The notes beneath the pieces were generated by a model. That model was given only the letters and a program-made list of their open reading frames with translations, ran no database searches and was not told the DNA's origin. DNA of 63,909 bases, the filler included, from Octopus bimaculoides (taxonomy: Eukaryota), in NCBI RefSeq assembly GCF_001194135.2. It is 6 parts of 6 records of this genome, joined end to end, with 100 filler letters (N's around TTAATTAATTAA, not from the genome) between each part and the next. Parts side by side here need not be neighbours in the genome. Positions count along the whole stretch, not along the records: positions 18,335 to 42,616 come from NC_069002.1; 5 more parts are not named here. One strand, written 5' to 3'. A program made the translations under genes and the position numbers. Shown here piece by piece: positions 25,271 to 38,822 of the stretch (position 1 is its first letter; each line of letters opens with the position of its first letter).

Positions 25271-26195
25271 AAGTGAGATGCTGCAAGACATATATACATA
25301 CATACATATAACACACATTCACACACACTCACATAATATAATGTATGTATGTACGCGTGCGTATGTGTGCATATAAGTAAAATGTCAAGATAGTAAACAG
25401 AAAATACCGCACTAAAAATCGTACAATTGTTCCAATAGAATATAAAATATAACTTGATAGCTAAGTATTGCAGTGTTCATAGTAATATTTACGGACATGT
25501 GTGTGTGAGAGATAGAGAGAAGGTAGAGGGAGAGAGTGAGTGAGTGAGTGAGAGAGAGAGAGAGAGAGAGAGACATACAGAGGGAGAATGTACCATTCTT
25601 TCACCCCGCCCACACACACATAATTTAGTGTACACCGTATAAATTTATGAGCTACTAAGGATTTCTTGGTCAGTGCCACAGGTATGGCAATAAACTGCGT
25701 CCAGTGGCAAGTCTCCAGTTCAGGAGTTCAGTAACTGTGGAGAATGTGGAATGATCCCTTGATTGTCATCACTCTCAGGTTTACTCTGGCCAAGAGGAGT
25801 AGCACTTGGGTTAAATAATTACCTCACTCGAGTGGCGCTGGTAAGGCATTATCAGCCATTGAAAAGAACTATAAAGAGTGTACTTAACAACACTAGGGTT
25901 AGAGCTCGTAAATGTAATACCCCAAAAGGCTGGCCTAATTGGGTCCCAACCCTGGAACCTTATTGACTTGTTTGTTACATTATCCAGAAAAGGAACAGGA
26001 ATTAAGTAAAAGAGCAGACTCAACTTACTGGCGGGGTGTGTTATTGTTGGTGCAGACAGGACGTCTCTGTGTAGAATGACTGTGTGTGGTGATTTGCTAT
26101 TTATCATTAAAAGAAACTTGGACTGTTCGGGCATAAAGGAGAATGAGTTGAGGATGTTTGAGGCTTAGTTTATACGTTTAGTGTGTGAGGGCAAT

Positions 26196-26226
26196 GAAAA
26201 AATATTACGTGACGTAATATTTTTTC
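26196..26226. repeat. perfect 31-bp palindrome
   Basis: GAAAAAATATTACGT-G-ACGTAATATTTTTTC. Confidence 0.85.
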
Positions 26227-26440
26227 CATTTCACTTCCAGTGAAATTCAGTTGGTCTGTAAGAGGCGGGAACGATAGGGTAGCCCGGAATGTCTTTTTTT
26301 CTTTTATTATTTTAGGTGGCAAAATAGATGGTGGAGCTATATGTTAAATTTTAAGGATTTGGCAGGAGAAAATGACAACTAACTCTAGATGAATTTCCTT
26401 CGCTGTTAGCTCGTCAGAAGTTCATCATGTCTATCACGAT

Positions 26441-26445
<5 letters not shown>

Positions 26446-26533
<88 letters not shown>

Positions 26534-26560
26534 TAGGGAGAGAGAGAAAGAGAGAGAGGA
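26446..26560. repeat. (GA)n microsatellite
   Basis: direct reading. Confidence 0.95.
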
Positions 26561-28417
26561 GGAGGATAAGGAGAGACGGAGAGTATTTGAGGAATGAAAG
26601 AAGCAGATTGGGAGTTAAAGTTTCCCTTACATGATTTATGGAACATACGATGAAACTGCCACGATTCTTGTTCATTTGCATTCCCTATTTAAATGTAAAC
26701 ACACTGTTCCAATAATTACTTAATTAATTCCACCAACGAACATACGGATATGCAAATGAGACTATATGCAATAACAATTCCTGTTGTTGACAGCTTATTA
26801 CCAGCCGCACTTTCAGAATCCCTCCCTCACACCTATTCTCTATTTCCCTCTCTTTTCCAATCTGTGCCTTAAAGCTTCTGTATTAATACTTGATATGCAA
26901 GAAATCGCTAAATCCCATCCGAATTACTTGATCCGTTTCGGAAAATTATTTTTGTTATATAAATAGTAACAGATATATTGGGTGCTGAAGTCTAAGCTAC
27001 GACAAGAAGCAACGATTAGAATTTACAGTAATAACTAGTAGATCAATTTGAAGAACAACAGAACACAGATCTGCATCAAGATTTTGGTACACTGGAATAT
27101 CAAACGAAACATATATAAGCTTCATATATCAGTTAATGATTTTTTTCTAACTTCCTTAGAATACACCCGTATTTACATGTCTCTATCCTTCGCCTCTCTC
27201 TCTTTCAGAAATTCCGATTTATTAACTATACTCGTGGCAGTAATCTGGCATTATTTCGACCGTTAATTTTGAATAATGTAAATAAATATAATAATTAGAT
27301 CAGATTTCAAAGTTGCTTCAAAGTTTTGTGATGTAACATCATGACTTAAACATTAAGAATGTACAGTAAATTATTATTGAAATTGTTATCAAACTGTGAC
27401 AGAATAATAAGCAGCGTTTAGCAATATTTTCCTCATTTCATGAAGAAATTAAAATATTCCTATAACAGTAANNNNNNNNNNNNNNNNNNNNNNNNNNNNN
27501 NNNNNNNNNNNNNNNNNNNNNNNNNNNNNNNNNNNNNNNNNNNNNNNNNNNNNNNNNNNNNNNNNNNNNNNNNNNNNNNNNNNNNNNNNNNNNNNNNNNN
27601 NNNNNNNNNNNNNNNNNNNNNNNNNNNNNNNNNNNNNNNNNNNNNNNNNNNNNNNNNNNNNNNNNNNNNNNNNNNNNNNNNNNNNNNNNNNNNNNNNNNN
27701 NNNNNNNNNNNNNNNNNNNNNNNNNNNNNNNNNNNNNNNNNNNNNNNNNNNNNNNNNNNNNNNNNNTTTTATTTTACACGGAGAATATTTTTGAAAAGGT
27801 TTGCCATATTCAATTCGTCAAATACAGTCATGTGAGAGCCAAGTCAATTTGAAATTACTTCCCGAGATAAAGCTTCTCATTTCACTTAACGCGCATGCCA
27901 AACCTTATGTGGACTTCATTAGCTTTATCAAACGTCATTTTCATGGAACGCCTCGTACGTACATTCTAACCGATTTCACTGCTCTGTTAGTTGCATGACT
28001 TGCTTTCATTATTTGGGAATAAGCATGTAAGCTCACTGAATAACGGGAATACATACATAAATACATACATACATACTTCATAGACTCTCTCTGTGTCTGT
28101 CTGTCTCTCTCTCTCTCTGACACACACATATACATATATGTATTTGACGGTTCCCTATATCTTCTGTGTATTTTATCACAAATACGTATTACACGTCATG
28201 TTGATATTACGTGTAAATGGAAGAGGCAAATTTCAAATCGCTGTAAAACATTGCTTCCTCAATGAAATATATATANNNNNNNNNNNNNNNNNNNNNNNNN
28301 NNNNNNNNNNNNNNNNNNNNNNNNNNNNNNNNNNNNNNNNNNNNNNNNNNNNNNNNNNNNNNNNNNNNNNNNNNNNNNNNNNNNNNNNNNNNNNNNNNNN
28401 NNNNNNNNNNNNNNNNN

Positions 28418-28449
<32 letters not shown>

Positions 28450-28696
28450 AATACATACATACATACATACATACATACATTCATACATACATATATACAT
28501 GTATATATAGGTGCGTGTACATGTACACACACACGTTATTCTACATAGTTTATACGTTCCCCATATATTATCATTATCATGTGTCTGTTTTATAGGGCTA
28601 TATGTAGATTTGTTTCTAAATCTTTGGAAATATTGTAGTTAAAATTACTTTAAACTTCTTCGCTTTAATTAGCAGACACAAACACACAGGCACACG

Positions 28697-28776
<80 letters not shown>

Positions 28777-29342
28777 AGCTTTGCTCTCTGCATCCTATAA
28801 TGTAAACACTGTTAAAGGGATGATAAATGACAGGTGTGATTAATGGAGTTGATGTTCACATCGTTTTGCAGTGAAATAAATATGGCTCCGAATCACCTCA
28901 CACACCACCTCTTTACGTGTAGACACATAGATACACAATGTTTGCATTATAATGTGCGTACTCACGGAAGAAAGAGGCCGACTGTGTGAGAAAGAGAAAT
29001 TGAGATAGATAGATAGAAAGAAAGAGAGAGATAGAGTGAGACAGAGAGAAAGATAGAGAAAGAAATATAATAACGGTTGGAGAAGACATGACTAAGAAAA
29101 TAGAATAAGTAGCATGTAGTTGCACAGTATATTTAAATATATTTTGTTTTTATATATAGCTTTCCAGCTGATTCCTCATCAAGATCTTTGATCGAAACGT
29201 ATATGAATCCTATATGGGAGTAAGCGCTGTCATGTGACTTTGGTTGCAGTCCATTTGCGCAGCACCCAGGACATCATTTGAACTGTGCATTGTGAGTGAA
29301 TTTAGTAGACGAAAATGATGATAATAATGATAGCAATTACAA

Positions 29343-29449
<107 letters not shown>

Positions 29450-29629
29450 GTGTCCCTTGAGGTCTCTGGGTGAGACTTGGAGTCAAGTCGTACAAACAGA
29501 AAGCAAACTTCAAATAATAAACACAATAATAATAGCAGCACCAGGCAATGGTTTTCATGGCGTGTTTTGTCTTGGCATAAAAGATGAACTGCAGCAAATA
29601 TTCTGTTAAATACTACAAATTTACTTATC

Positions 29630-30047
29630 AGTTGTTTGACATTGGGCAATTGCGCATGTCCCTTAGTGACTGACGATATATGTATCTCTGATCATGATCA
29701 GACGTAGCGGGGGAGCAGCATAGCCATGTGCTGAGAGGAATTCTTTGCGGGGTTTGGATAATTCACCTTTGGAACCATGGGTGTTTTGCTCAACATCCTT
29801 AAACAAACCTTAGTGAGGGACCTTTTGAGCAGGATGGCTACCCGACCCGAACATTTTTTAACTGGTGCCCACCGTTTTATCGTGATAGGGGATCAACATT
29901 TCGCGCATATACGTTTGTGATGCATGTGCCTGGTGTACCCTTATAAAACGGGTAGTCGTGATGGGTATACTGGACTTCGTATCTTTTACCCCAGTGTCAC
30001 TTTGATTGCATGCATTGCTCTCTCACTCAATAGTAATGATATTGGTT
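29630..30047 (+). mobile_element. unclassified retroposon-like repeat (family E)
   Basis: GC-richer block ending ...CTCTCTCACTCAATAGTAAT (AAT-type tail); single copy here, so family status is inferred. Confidence 0.4.
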
Positions 30048-30057
30048 TCATGTTTTG

Positions 30058-30187
30058 TCACAAGGCCTATAATTTTAAATGAAGGGCATTAATCTATTGC
30101 ATCGACCCTTTTATTTGACTTGTAATTTATTTTATCGACCCTCAGCGGATGAAAGGCAAAGTTGACCTTGAGCCGGATGAAATGCCA
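30058..30187 (-). mobile_element. SINE family B fragment
   Basis: CACAAGGCC...TTTATCGACCCTCAGCGGATGAAAGGCAAAGTTGACC. Confidence 0.7.
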
Positions 30188-30221
30188 ACATTAATGATTA
30201 GGATATTGTTGTTGCAGTTGA

Positions 30222-30224
30222 TGG

Positions 30225-30282
<58 letters not shown>

Positions 30283-30286
30283 AATA

Positions 30287-30319
<33 letters not shown>

Positions 30320-30415
30320 GTGATGATGATGCTGATGATGGTGTTGATGATGATAACGGCAATGACGACGACGACGATGATGATGATAGCGGCGACGTTG
30401 ATGATGATGATGATT
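30222..30415. repeat. (GAT)n microsatellite
   Basis: direct reading. Confidence 0.95.
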
Positions 30416-30619
30416 TAGCAAGAAGCTGGCAAGTTTTTAAACATAGATGTACTCGTCGAAAGATTGGGCCCTGTACCAGCCTAACGTTTCATTTTACCAA
30501 CGCTAGTGGGAACAAGGGCAATGTTAATCACACCGTCATTTCAACTCCCTAAGTAAACTACTTAGAGTAGTGCCACAACACATTTTCCCAATGTTCTTTT
30601 TTTTAATTTCGTCATACCA

Positions 30620-30790
30620 CCGTACTTTTGGGGAGGCAGTTATTCGATTAAATCAACCAGCATTTCACTGGTGCTTTATTTCATCGACTTCGGAGAGGCG
30701 AAAGTTAAAAATAATGACCCCAAAATTTGACCTCAGATATAATATACTGCAATGCATATTCTCTGACGCTATAGCATGTTACCGCACATC
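30620..30790 (-). mobile_element. SINE family B, very diverged
   Basis: TTTTGGGGAGG...CTGGTGCTTTATTTCATCGAC...AATTTGACCTCAGA. Confidence 0.5.
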
Positions 30791-30849
30791 AACCATAGGA
30801 AGTACATTGCTTGTACATTACCTTTGTCTGAAACTTTGTAAATTGTGTA

Positions 30850-30932
30850 TGGTGGCGAGTTCGCAGAAACGTTAGTACGCCGGGCGAAATGGCCACAATC
30901 AAATGACTGAAACAAGTAAAAGAGTAAAAGAG
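30850..30932 (+). mobile_element. chimeric mini-SINE: family B head fused to family A tail
   Basis: GGTGGCGAGTTCGCAGAAACGTTAGTACGCCGGGCGAAAT|GGCCACAATCAAATGACTGAAACAAGTAAAAGAGTAAAAGAG. Confidence 0.75.
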
Positions 30933-30979
<47 letters not shown>

Positions 30980-31337
30980 GGAGACACACATGCATATAAA
31001 CACGCACACGTACACCCACACACCCACATATGAGTATTCGCGTGTCTTTGTGTGCTTTGTGTGTGTGTGATGATATCTGTTTTAGTATCGGCTAAAAAAA
31101 TCGGTGCGTCTTACAAATGTGTTAAAGAGGAGATGTGCCTGAGTAATGCATTAACTTATTACTGTGTAACTAAACGCAAGTTATCTATTGATATCACTCG
31201 CTTTAATTACCGACTGAGGCCCACGTGTAAACATGATAACGGATCAGAATTAAAATCAACACCAGACTAATAAGTCAACCTTAAACAAACATGAGAAGCA
31301 ACACGAAAACAAAAACCCGTTTTACGATTATGAATTA

Positions 31338-31453
31338 TTCGGACTATTAAATTCATCTTTTAAGATGAAACAATATTTTTTTTAATATTTACATGTAGAT
31401 ATAAATATTAGAATAAAGTACTTTATCTTTAAAGATTTGCTTAATAGTCCGAA
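31338..31453. repeat. imperfect ~116-bp palindrome (MITE-like)
   Basis: TTCGGACTATTAA ... TTAATAGTCCGAA perfect 13-bp ends, with further partial pairing inward. Confidence 0.65.
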
Positions 31454-31980
31454 AATTTATATGCGTATTATCAATAACTCATTCCAGACATTTAGTTATT
31501 AAAAAATCGTATTATTCACCGAAAGTTGAGAAATCGAATACACATTTTGAAATTGATGTTCAAAAAAAAAAAACAACAAAAAATCATGAAAAGTGGAAAG
31601 ATGAAAATACTGCCTCGACAAATACGAAGAAAACTCTGAACACGTAGAGATGATAACAATCTAAATGGAAGGGAACTGTAATTGATACTTGGAATCCAGC
31701 ATAGAAAACAGGGGAACAAAGGGGGAAATATTACACACACGATGGAGAGATACACCCCTATATTACATTGATATTTCACAGTTACTTGCACTATGTAAAT
31801 GAAAACTATCATAAATCTGGCGTATATTATGTGCAAAACTCTCATTTAAAAATAATTTTTGATAGAAAGTGATTAAGTACTTCTAGACAATACACGGTAA
31901 AAGCGAAATCAGTACACATGCACCCACTCCCCCATATATCTACATATATATATATATATGATATCTCTATCTATCAATCA

Positions 31981-32016
<36 letters not shown>

Positions 32017-32327
32017 GTCTATCTGTCTGTCTTTCTATCTGTCTGTCTGTCATGCATATACACAGAACCATTCACTTATATACATACATACCTATAATAA
32101 AATTGCCCTTAAGCGCAAAAGAGCATACAGTAGGCGTAGTCCCAGATATTTCAAATGTACAAAACCTTGCTGTAGATAAAATAAGCTTGTATCAAATCTC
32201 GAATGAATCGATGTGATTGCAGAATACGAAGACATACATTTTGCTGGGACGCGCAAGTCCCAAGTTTCACAGACAGCAAGCAGACGCACAAATTTCAAGA
32301 GAAAGATGAGAAAAAGATCACTTGCAA

Positions 32328-32428
32328 GGGGTGGGGTTATGTCAATTTTATCGACCCTAGTTTTCAATTGCTACTTGTCATATCAACCTCGATAAGATAA
32401 AGGCAAAGTCTATCCTGGGAGTGTTTAA
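32328..32428 (-). mobile_element. SINE family B fragment
   Basis: TATCGACCCTAG...GATAAAGGCAAAGTC. Confidence 0.55.
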
Positions 32429-32599
32429 ACTAAGTACGTGAATTCATACGAACTGCTGCTAATAATTTCTCTTGGAGCGGTAATGATTCTGTCACGACGC
32501 AAATTTAATTCGAAAAGAAATATTAACATCATTAATCCTATTCTTATTATTAGTATTTTCTTTTTTAGTATGTGTCCACACGAAGTCACTCCTGAGGAA

Positions 32600-33370
32600 C
32601 GTCTTGATGTGTCACCGACATCGATACTAAATGATGCAATCTGGGTAACTCCAGCGACACTGGAAACCACTGAGCACATTGATATCATGAGGATTAGGAA
32701 AATATTTTATGCTGCTGTCACAACAACCAACGGAAAGCGGATAGCTCCTTTAAGAACTTATACCGAAATATCTAAAACAAATTAAAAAGTTTGGAAACGA
32801 AAATCTTCAGAAGAAAATAGAAGGAAAAAAAAAACATCGCTCTGAGTCGTGGGAACAATCAACAACGGAGAAGGAAATGCAAAAAGTGAAAATAAAACAG
32901 AAAGTCAAGAAAAAAGGAACAGACAGGCATAACATAAAATACAACTGAAAATGTAGTACTTGAAATTAAAGAAGGCCCGAAAGCAGAGATTTTACTAAAT
33001 AGCAAAACATCCGTCGTTCTCAAAGGCGACAACTCTTCGTTGATCAAAACAAACTGTTTTCCTCAAACTCAAAAGCGTTTGCAGCAAAACTATCCAAAGA
33101 ATTCAAGAAGGAAATAAGAGAAATCTACATAAAGCCAAGAGCAAGAGAATAATATTTTGTTAGGATAGTAGCGAACGTGGATGGATTTCCGTAAGCGACA
33201 TTATGTAAAATAACAAATGTTACGAAAGAAGTAGCTGGAACGCTACAAATATTAACAACTAGAGAAGACGCCTTGAAAATAGAAAATAACCAAGGTCTGG
33301 CTAAAGTATTCAGCAGACACCTACGTATTTCATGTGGGTACTTCCTTATCCCTGGGGTACCTACATGGGG
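32600..33370 (+). mobile_element. degraded R4/Dong-type N-terminal/RT-proximal fragment
   Basis: NIRRSQRRQLFVDQNKLFSSNSKAF corresponds to the YRQNKIFKTDAKKFY block at ~15700. Confidence 0.55.
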
Positions 33371-36300
33371 CTTTCAGAAATATAAAATGATCTAATGAAT
33401 ATAATGTGTCAGAGAGAGAGAGAGAGAAATGAGTTACGAACGAACACCTGGATGTAATGCGCAAATTAGAATGTTTCGTTTTGAATGTAGGATGAAACTA
33501 AAAGGGAGCAACTGGAACAACTTTGATTCGAGGTGTGTTGGGCTGTGTTCGACCTGGTCCTGAACAATTCCAGGAACGGAAATAATAAATATCATCAGCA
33601 TCATCACTGAAAATAAACGGTTGGAACATCAAACTCAAGAGATTCCTTACACTCCACAATCTATAATATACACCTAACGTGTTGAGACTCGCGCGTATGT
33701 TTGTGTGCATGTGTGTGTGTGTCTGTGTGCTTGTATTTGTGCGTGTGTGTGTACGTGTAGAACAGTCCTTTCCGCTACAATGCGCACTCTACTACTATCT
33801 CTACTCTGTCTATCTATTTCACTCTCTTGTTCTTCATCCTTTCTGTTTTTCTCTCCCAACCTTTCCCTATTCTTCCCTCCCTTTCACCGTTCTCTCTCTC
33901 TCTCCCTCTCTCTCTCCCTCTCTCGTCGCTAACACGTGACGAAAGTGGTTCTCTATTTCTGTCCACTGCCTTCCTAAAGAAAAAACGTGTTTTCCCTGCT
34001 CTTCTCTCATGGCACGTCTACCTAGCGTTCATAAATTGTTTCTATCATCTTGGCACAACAGCCCTCACCGTTTGTTGTTACTGTCTTGTTCTCACTGTCC
34101 TGTTCTTGTTAACACTTTCACCATCCGCAAAAAATCCTAAATTTTATCCAATTTGCTTTGCGGGAAGGACTGTTCCAACGAAGTCGCCTAGACTGACTCT
34201 CATATAGATACATTCATATACAGACACACACNNNNNNNNNNNNNNNNNNNNNNNNNNNNNNNNNNNNNNNNNNNNNNNNNNNNNNNNNNNNNNNNNNNNN
34301 NNNNNNNNNNNNNNNNNNNNNNNNNNNNNNNNNNNNNNNNNNNNNNNNNNNNNNNNNNNNNNNNNNNNNTATATATATATAAACGTACATACCTACAAAG
34401 ATATTTGTTCATATGTTTATATGTATATCGACAAAGAAAACACAAAACCTAAGCAACGTGCATGCCGTTGATGATGCTGTGTTGTAACTGCTATTCTCTT
34501 TTATCATCAACCCAACTTTTAACATAGATGCTGCCAAAGAAATGCTTAAGTGTAATATAATTACCGCAACCAACAATTCTAATTGGTGTTTAATTAGAAT
34601 TCACCAATTTACTCGACAACGTAATTGCTTTTCCATATTTTCTTTTTATTATTATTGTATTTCTCTTTTTTTATTATTATTGTATTATACTACTGTAATT
34701 TTATTTATTTATTTTTTGTTAATGTAAGCGTTTATTTGTTTATTTATTTATTTTTCTACTTCTGAAGCCGAACTAAAAAGAGACAAAATAGTTACCAATT
34801 AATCAACGTAACCAGTCAGAAAATCTAAATACATTTTATATATTAACACCTGCACTTGTTATATATAAATACCCAATCCTTATGTGTCATTCTATGCTTC
34901 TAACGGGTTGACGGCGTTAAGAAATGCTGCGTATTAATGCAAACTTGTTACAATGCTTGCTTGACATATATTCGAACCCGTTAGAAAACCATTCACTGTA
35001 CTTTTGTCATGGAGAAAATTTCTAGCTGTTGACAAATAGGTGTAAATACAAAGAGTCATTTAAAAGTGCTGCCTAACCAGACTGTTGGATGCACGCAGTT
35101 CGGATTATTTATCTGCTCCTCAGCCTTTGAGTTATCAATCGATTGGTCAACTGAAGTACCGGTTCAATGAAATATTTGTGTATAGTTGTGTAAGTGTTAT
35201 GTATACACAGGTACAATTACCGTATTTCTCATCCAGAGTGTAACGCAATGTACGACAAGACAATAATTTGAATATTTTGTACACTCTTTCCGTCTTCCTC
35301 AATAGCACTTCCATTTACACATGTTTTCTCGATTCGAGGTCATAATAAATGAAACCAATCAGAATTGGCATTCATTTGGTTTGAACCTAGGACATCGTGC
35401 TTGTGAAGTGAATTTCTTAATCATTCAGATGTTAATCATACGGACGCATTGCATCTACACATGACAAAACTCCAGGTTACCCCTGTTAATTCATGAAAAC
35501 TTCAGTGTGCACTTTTCACCTTATTCAAGAATATGTATTCTGGTTCGCATTATATACATGAAAGCTCTAGTTGATTAAGGCAAGCCTGCTTCAGCCGTGC
35601 TATTGTCTTGAGGGAAAAATAATGTACACATATGCGTGTTTGTATGAACGGAGGGGAGTTTGATGGTGTTCAGGAAGAAATTTTGTCGTAAACGACCAGA
35701 GTATCTGTAAAAGGAGAATGCATCAGTCGACAATTCTATCCTGGTGACCAATAACTTAACAGGGATGAGTCTCGACTTTCTACGTCTTCCTAGAATCCAA
35801 GCTTTGCATCCTCCGAGTTATCGTTGTTTCCAGAACTGGAGGTGAACCCAAGAGCAGTCGTTTTGGAGGGAAACAGAGGCTGAAGGTAGTTGTGACACGG
35901 TTCCTAGTCGCCTTTACTTGGGATAATGGAGAACTCGGTATGTGACACTCACGACTTGGCCGGAACTGCAGAATGTACATTGAAGCGAAACGACCCTGCT
36001 TTGAAGAAGATTAGAATACACAAACACACTCACGCACATAAACATACGATTATGGGCGACGAGTTTCCACGTAGTATCTCAAAGAAATTAACTGACAGGG
36101 CAGTAAATAGTAGAAAACATGTACCTGATGCGACGCACCGTACGATTGACCCGAGACGAAACTAGTAGCGAAGCAAACATCTTAAACATACAGTTGTTCC
36201 TACGCCTATATGAATTTTAAAGAATTTCTAAAGTTGTTTCTTGAATTCTATAATTAAATTCCAACATAGGGCGCAAGTGATGTTTCATTATTCAAATATT

Positions 36301-37429
36301 ACTAGTTATATGTGTGTGATTTTCTTTTTTCTGTTTTCTTATTAAGAGAAAAGGTTATTAGATGTGTATCTCCCATTGAGATTAGAGAAAATTCCTGCTG
36401 GTTTTTCTAATCAATATTTAAGATGAAACATTGTGGAGTCTTTAATGATGGAGATAATAGCATGCGAAGTAAAAGAGAGTGGAATGAAATGGAATCCGTT
36501 GTTGTCTTTGACGAGGGGACATAATTATCACTGGAATTAAGTCTTCATACAGCTATAGAAGTTCAGTTCATATTAAACCCGAATTGCTTGGCAATATTCC
36601 ACCTTTGTATGTAGTTGTTTCTGTATTCATATTTACTGCCTTTGTCATGGCGAGAAATAGCAAGAAAGCAATAGAGATAGACAGAGACGGAGAGGATAAG
36701 AGAGGGAAGTTAATAGGTAGAAAGAACGGTCAGTGTGAACTATCACACACATATATATATACACTCGTACACACAGATTTTAATATCACTTACAGTGAAG
36801 CATATATATGGACGGATTTGCACGTGACTAGGTGCGAAAATTCTAGACTTGGTTACGTGAAGGGCAAAAGTTGAAGCGTTGACAGATTTAAACGATCCTT
36901 GCTTAAATTTGAATAATAACCTTTGACTTGATATTGTGGGATTTTGATCCAGGTCATACACAAATGAAGTGGTGGTGGTGGTAGTGGAAGAGGTTTTGGT
37001 GGCGGTGGTTGTGATAGGACTTCATTACACGGAGAAATATGATGAGAATTCTGGCATGATAGTTTAGGGATGTAGGTTTCGTGAAATCCAGAGGAGAATA
37101 AAACGAACAGGCACAATTATTTCAGCGCTAACGACTGGTCACGGCCGACTCGACATTCAACGGATTTTGGTGAGAGTACTTTTTACTACTGGTGGCGAAC
37201 ATACAAACACACACGTGAAAAGCCACGCTGATATATACACAAAATGGGAGAAAGAGTTGGAGATAGAGAGAGTGAGAGGGAGAGAGAAAGTGAGAGAGAG
37301 AAAGAGCGGAAGAAAGAGAGAGAAACATTTGAATTTAGTAAATGAATTTCGTTGACAGCACTTTCTCTGTCCTCAGAAGATATACTTGCACACATATACA
37401 CACACACACACGCACACACACACAGAAGA

Positions 37430-37433
<4 letters not shown>

Positions 37434-37521
<88 letters not shown>

Positions 37522-37722
37522 NNNNNNNNNNNNNNNNNNNNNNNNNNNNNNNNNNNNNNNNNNNNNNNNNNNNNNNNNNNNNNNNNNNNNNNNNNNNNNN
37601 NNNNNNNNNNNNNNNNNNNNNNNNNNNNNNNNNNNNNNNNNNNNNNNNNNNNNNNNNNNNNNNNNNNNNNNNNNNNNNNNNNNNNNNNNNNNNNNNNNNN
37701 NNNNNNNNNNNNNNNNNNNNNN

Positions 37723-37780
<58 letters not shown>
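37434..37780. repeat. (GA)n array spanning a gap
   Basis: direct reading. Confidence 0.9.
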
Positions 37781-37784
<4 letters not shown>

Positions 37785-38639
37785 GTGTTTGAGAGGATGA
37801 TAACAACATTGAAATGAAAGTTACCTTAGAAAGCCTGATGTCCAATAATTCAGCGTTGGATCTGCCGCGCCAAGTAAGAGACGCCAAAACGACTAGGCCC
37901 AAAGTTCCATAACTCGTCTCCAGACATTTCACCTAGCATATTTGTCTTACATCAAACAATATTTGCCTTGAAAACAGATTGATCACGAGCACTTCAAATT
38001 CTGTTATGGTACAGGAAAATGAAACTGTCTGATCAGGTCAGGCACTGTTTTAGGCAAATCATCACTACATTTAAAGAGCTTCATTGAGATGGAAGCCAAC
38101 AAGAAGAACCAGTAGATAGAAGATCGCGAGTTACAACACTTCAAAATATTCAAACGCCGGTAAAGGTTGTCAAAAGGTCCTTTGTAAATACAAAGTTAAA
38201 TTGTAAGGATTCCATGAAGACAATTAGAAGAGACACATCGTGTGTTGTGAACATAAGTGCGAAATGGACAGAGTCGATATTTATCGGTTGAGAATAACAT
38301 AGAAATAAGCCTCTCCTGTCAACAAATCGATGGAACTTTCACGCGCTTGTCGAAACTGGTAGAACTAGCAGCCAAACACACTCCAATCCTTGAGGACAGT
38401 CATATTTCCTAAGGATAATGCAACCGTAATATATATTTCTCGAAAAATGAAAATAAGGATGTAAACTCTTGAATCGTATTAACTCTAATTCCTCTTCGAC
38501 AGAAGTAAACTGGGCTGAAAGCATCAGGTAAATTCCAATAATATCATTTGACAGACATTTAATACTTAGCTTCACGTATGCTAATTACGCACGGATTGTG
38601 TTCTGTTGCAATCACTACGTCTTGCACATTAAATAAATA

Positions 38640-38822
38640 TACGAGATGGTGTCTAAGAGTTCCTGGGCTAGGTCTCTAGTGCGCCAAAAGATGTCAGCAC
38701 ACGGTTGCATGCACAGTGAGCGCTAGCAATGACCTTCAGAGCGAATTGCAAAAGGTCTCGAATCGCTTACGGAAAAAAGATTTCAAAGCCAGATTCCAAA
38801 AGTGGCAGGAATACGATCGTTG
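38640..38822 (+). mobile_element. mariner-family deletion derivative (TIR plus transposase C-terminus)
   Basis: TA|TACGAGATGGTGTCTAAGAGTTCC TIR-like start; ELQKVSNRLRKKDFKARFQKWQEYDRW. Confidence 0.45.

Noticed and set aside
34898-34986. Pre-miRNA hairpin (12-bp perfect inverted repeat)
   Set aside because: The interior does not pair into an extended stem
37800-38300. LINE RT remnant
   Set aside because: Only vague motif resemblance; cannot be supported by eye
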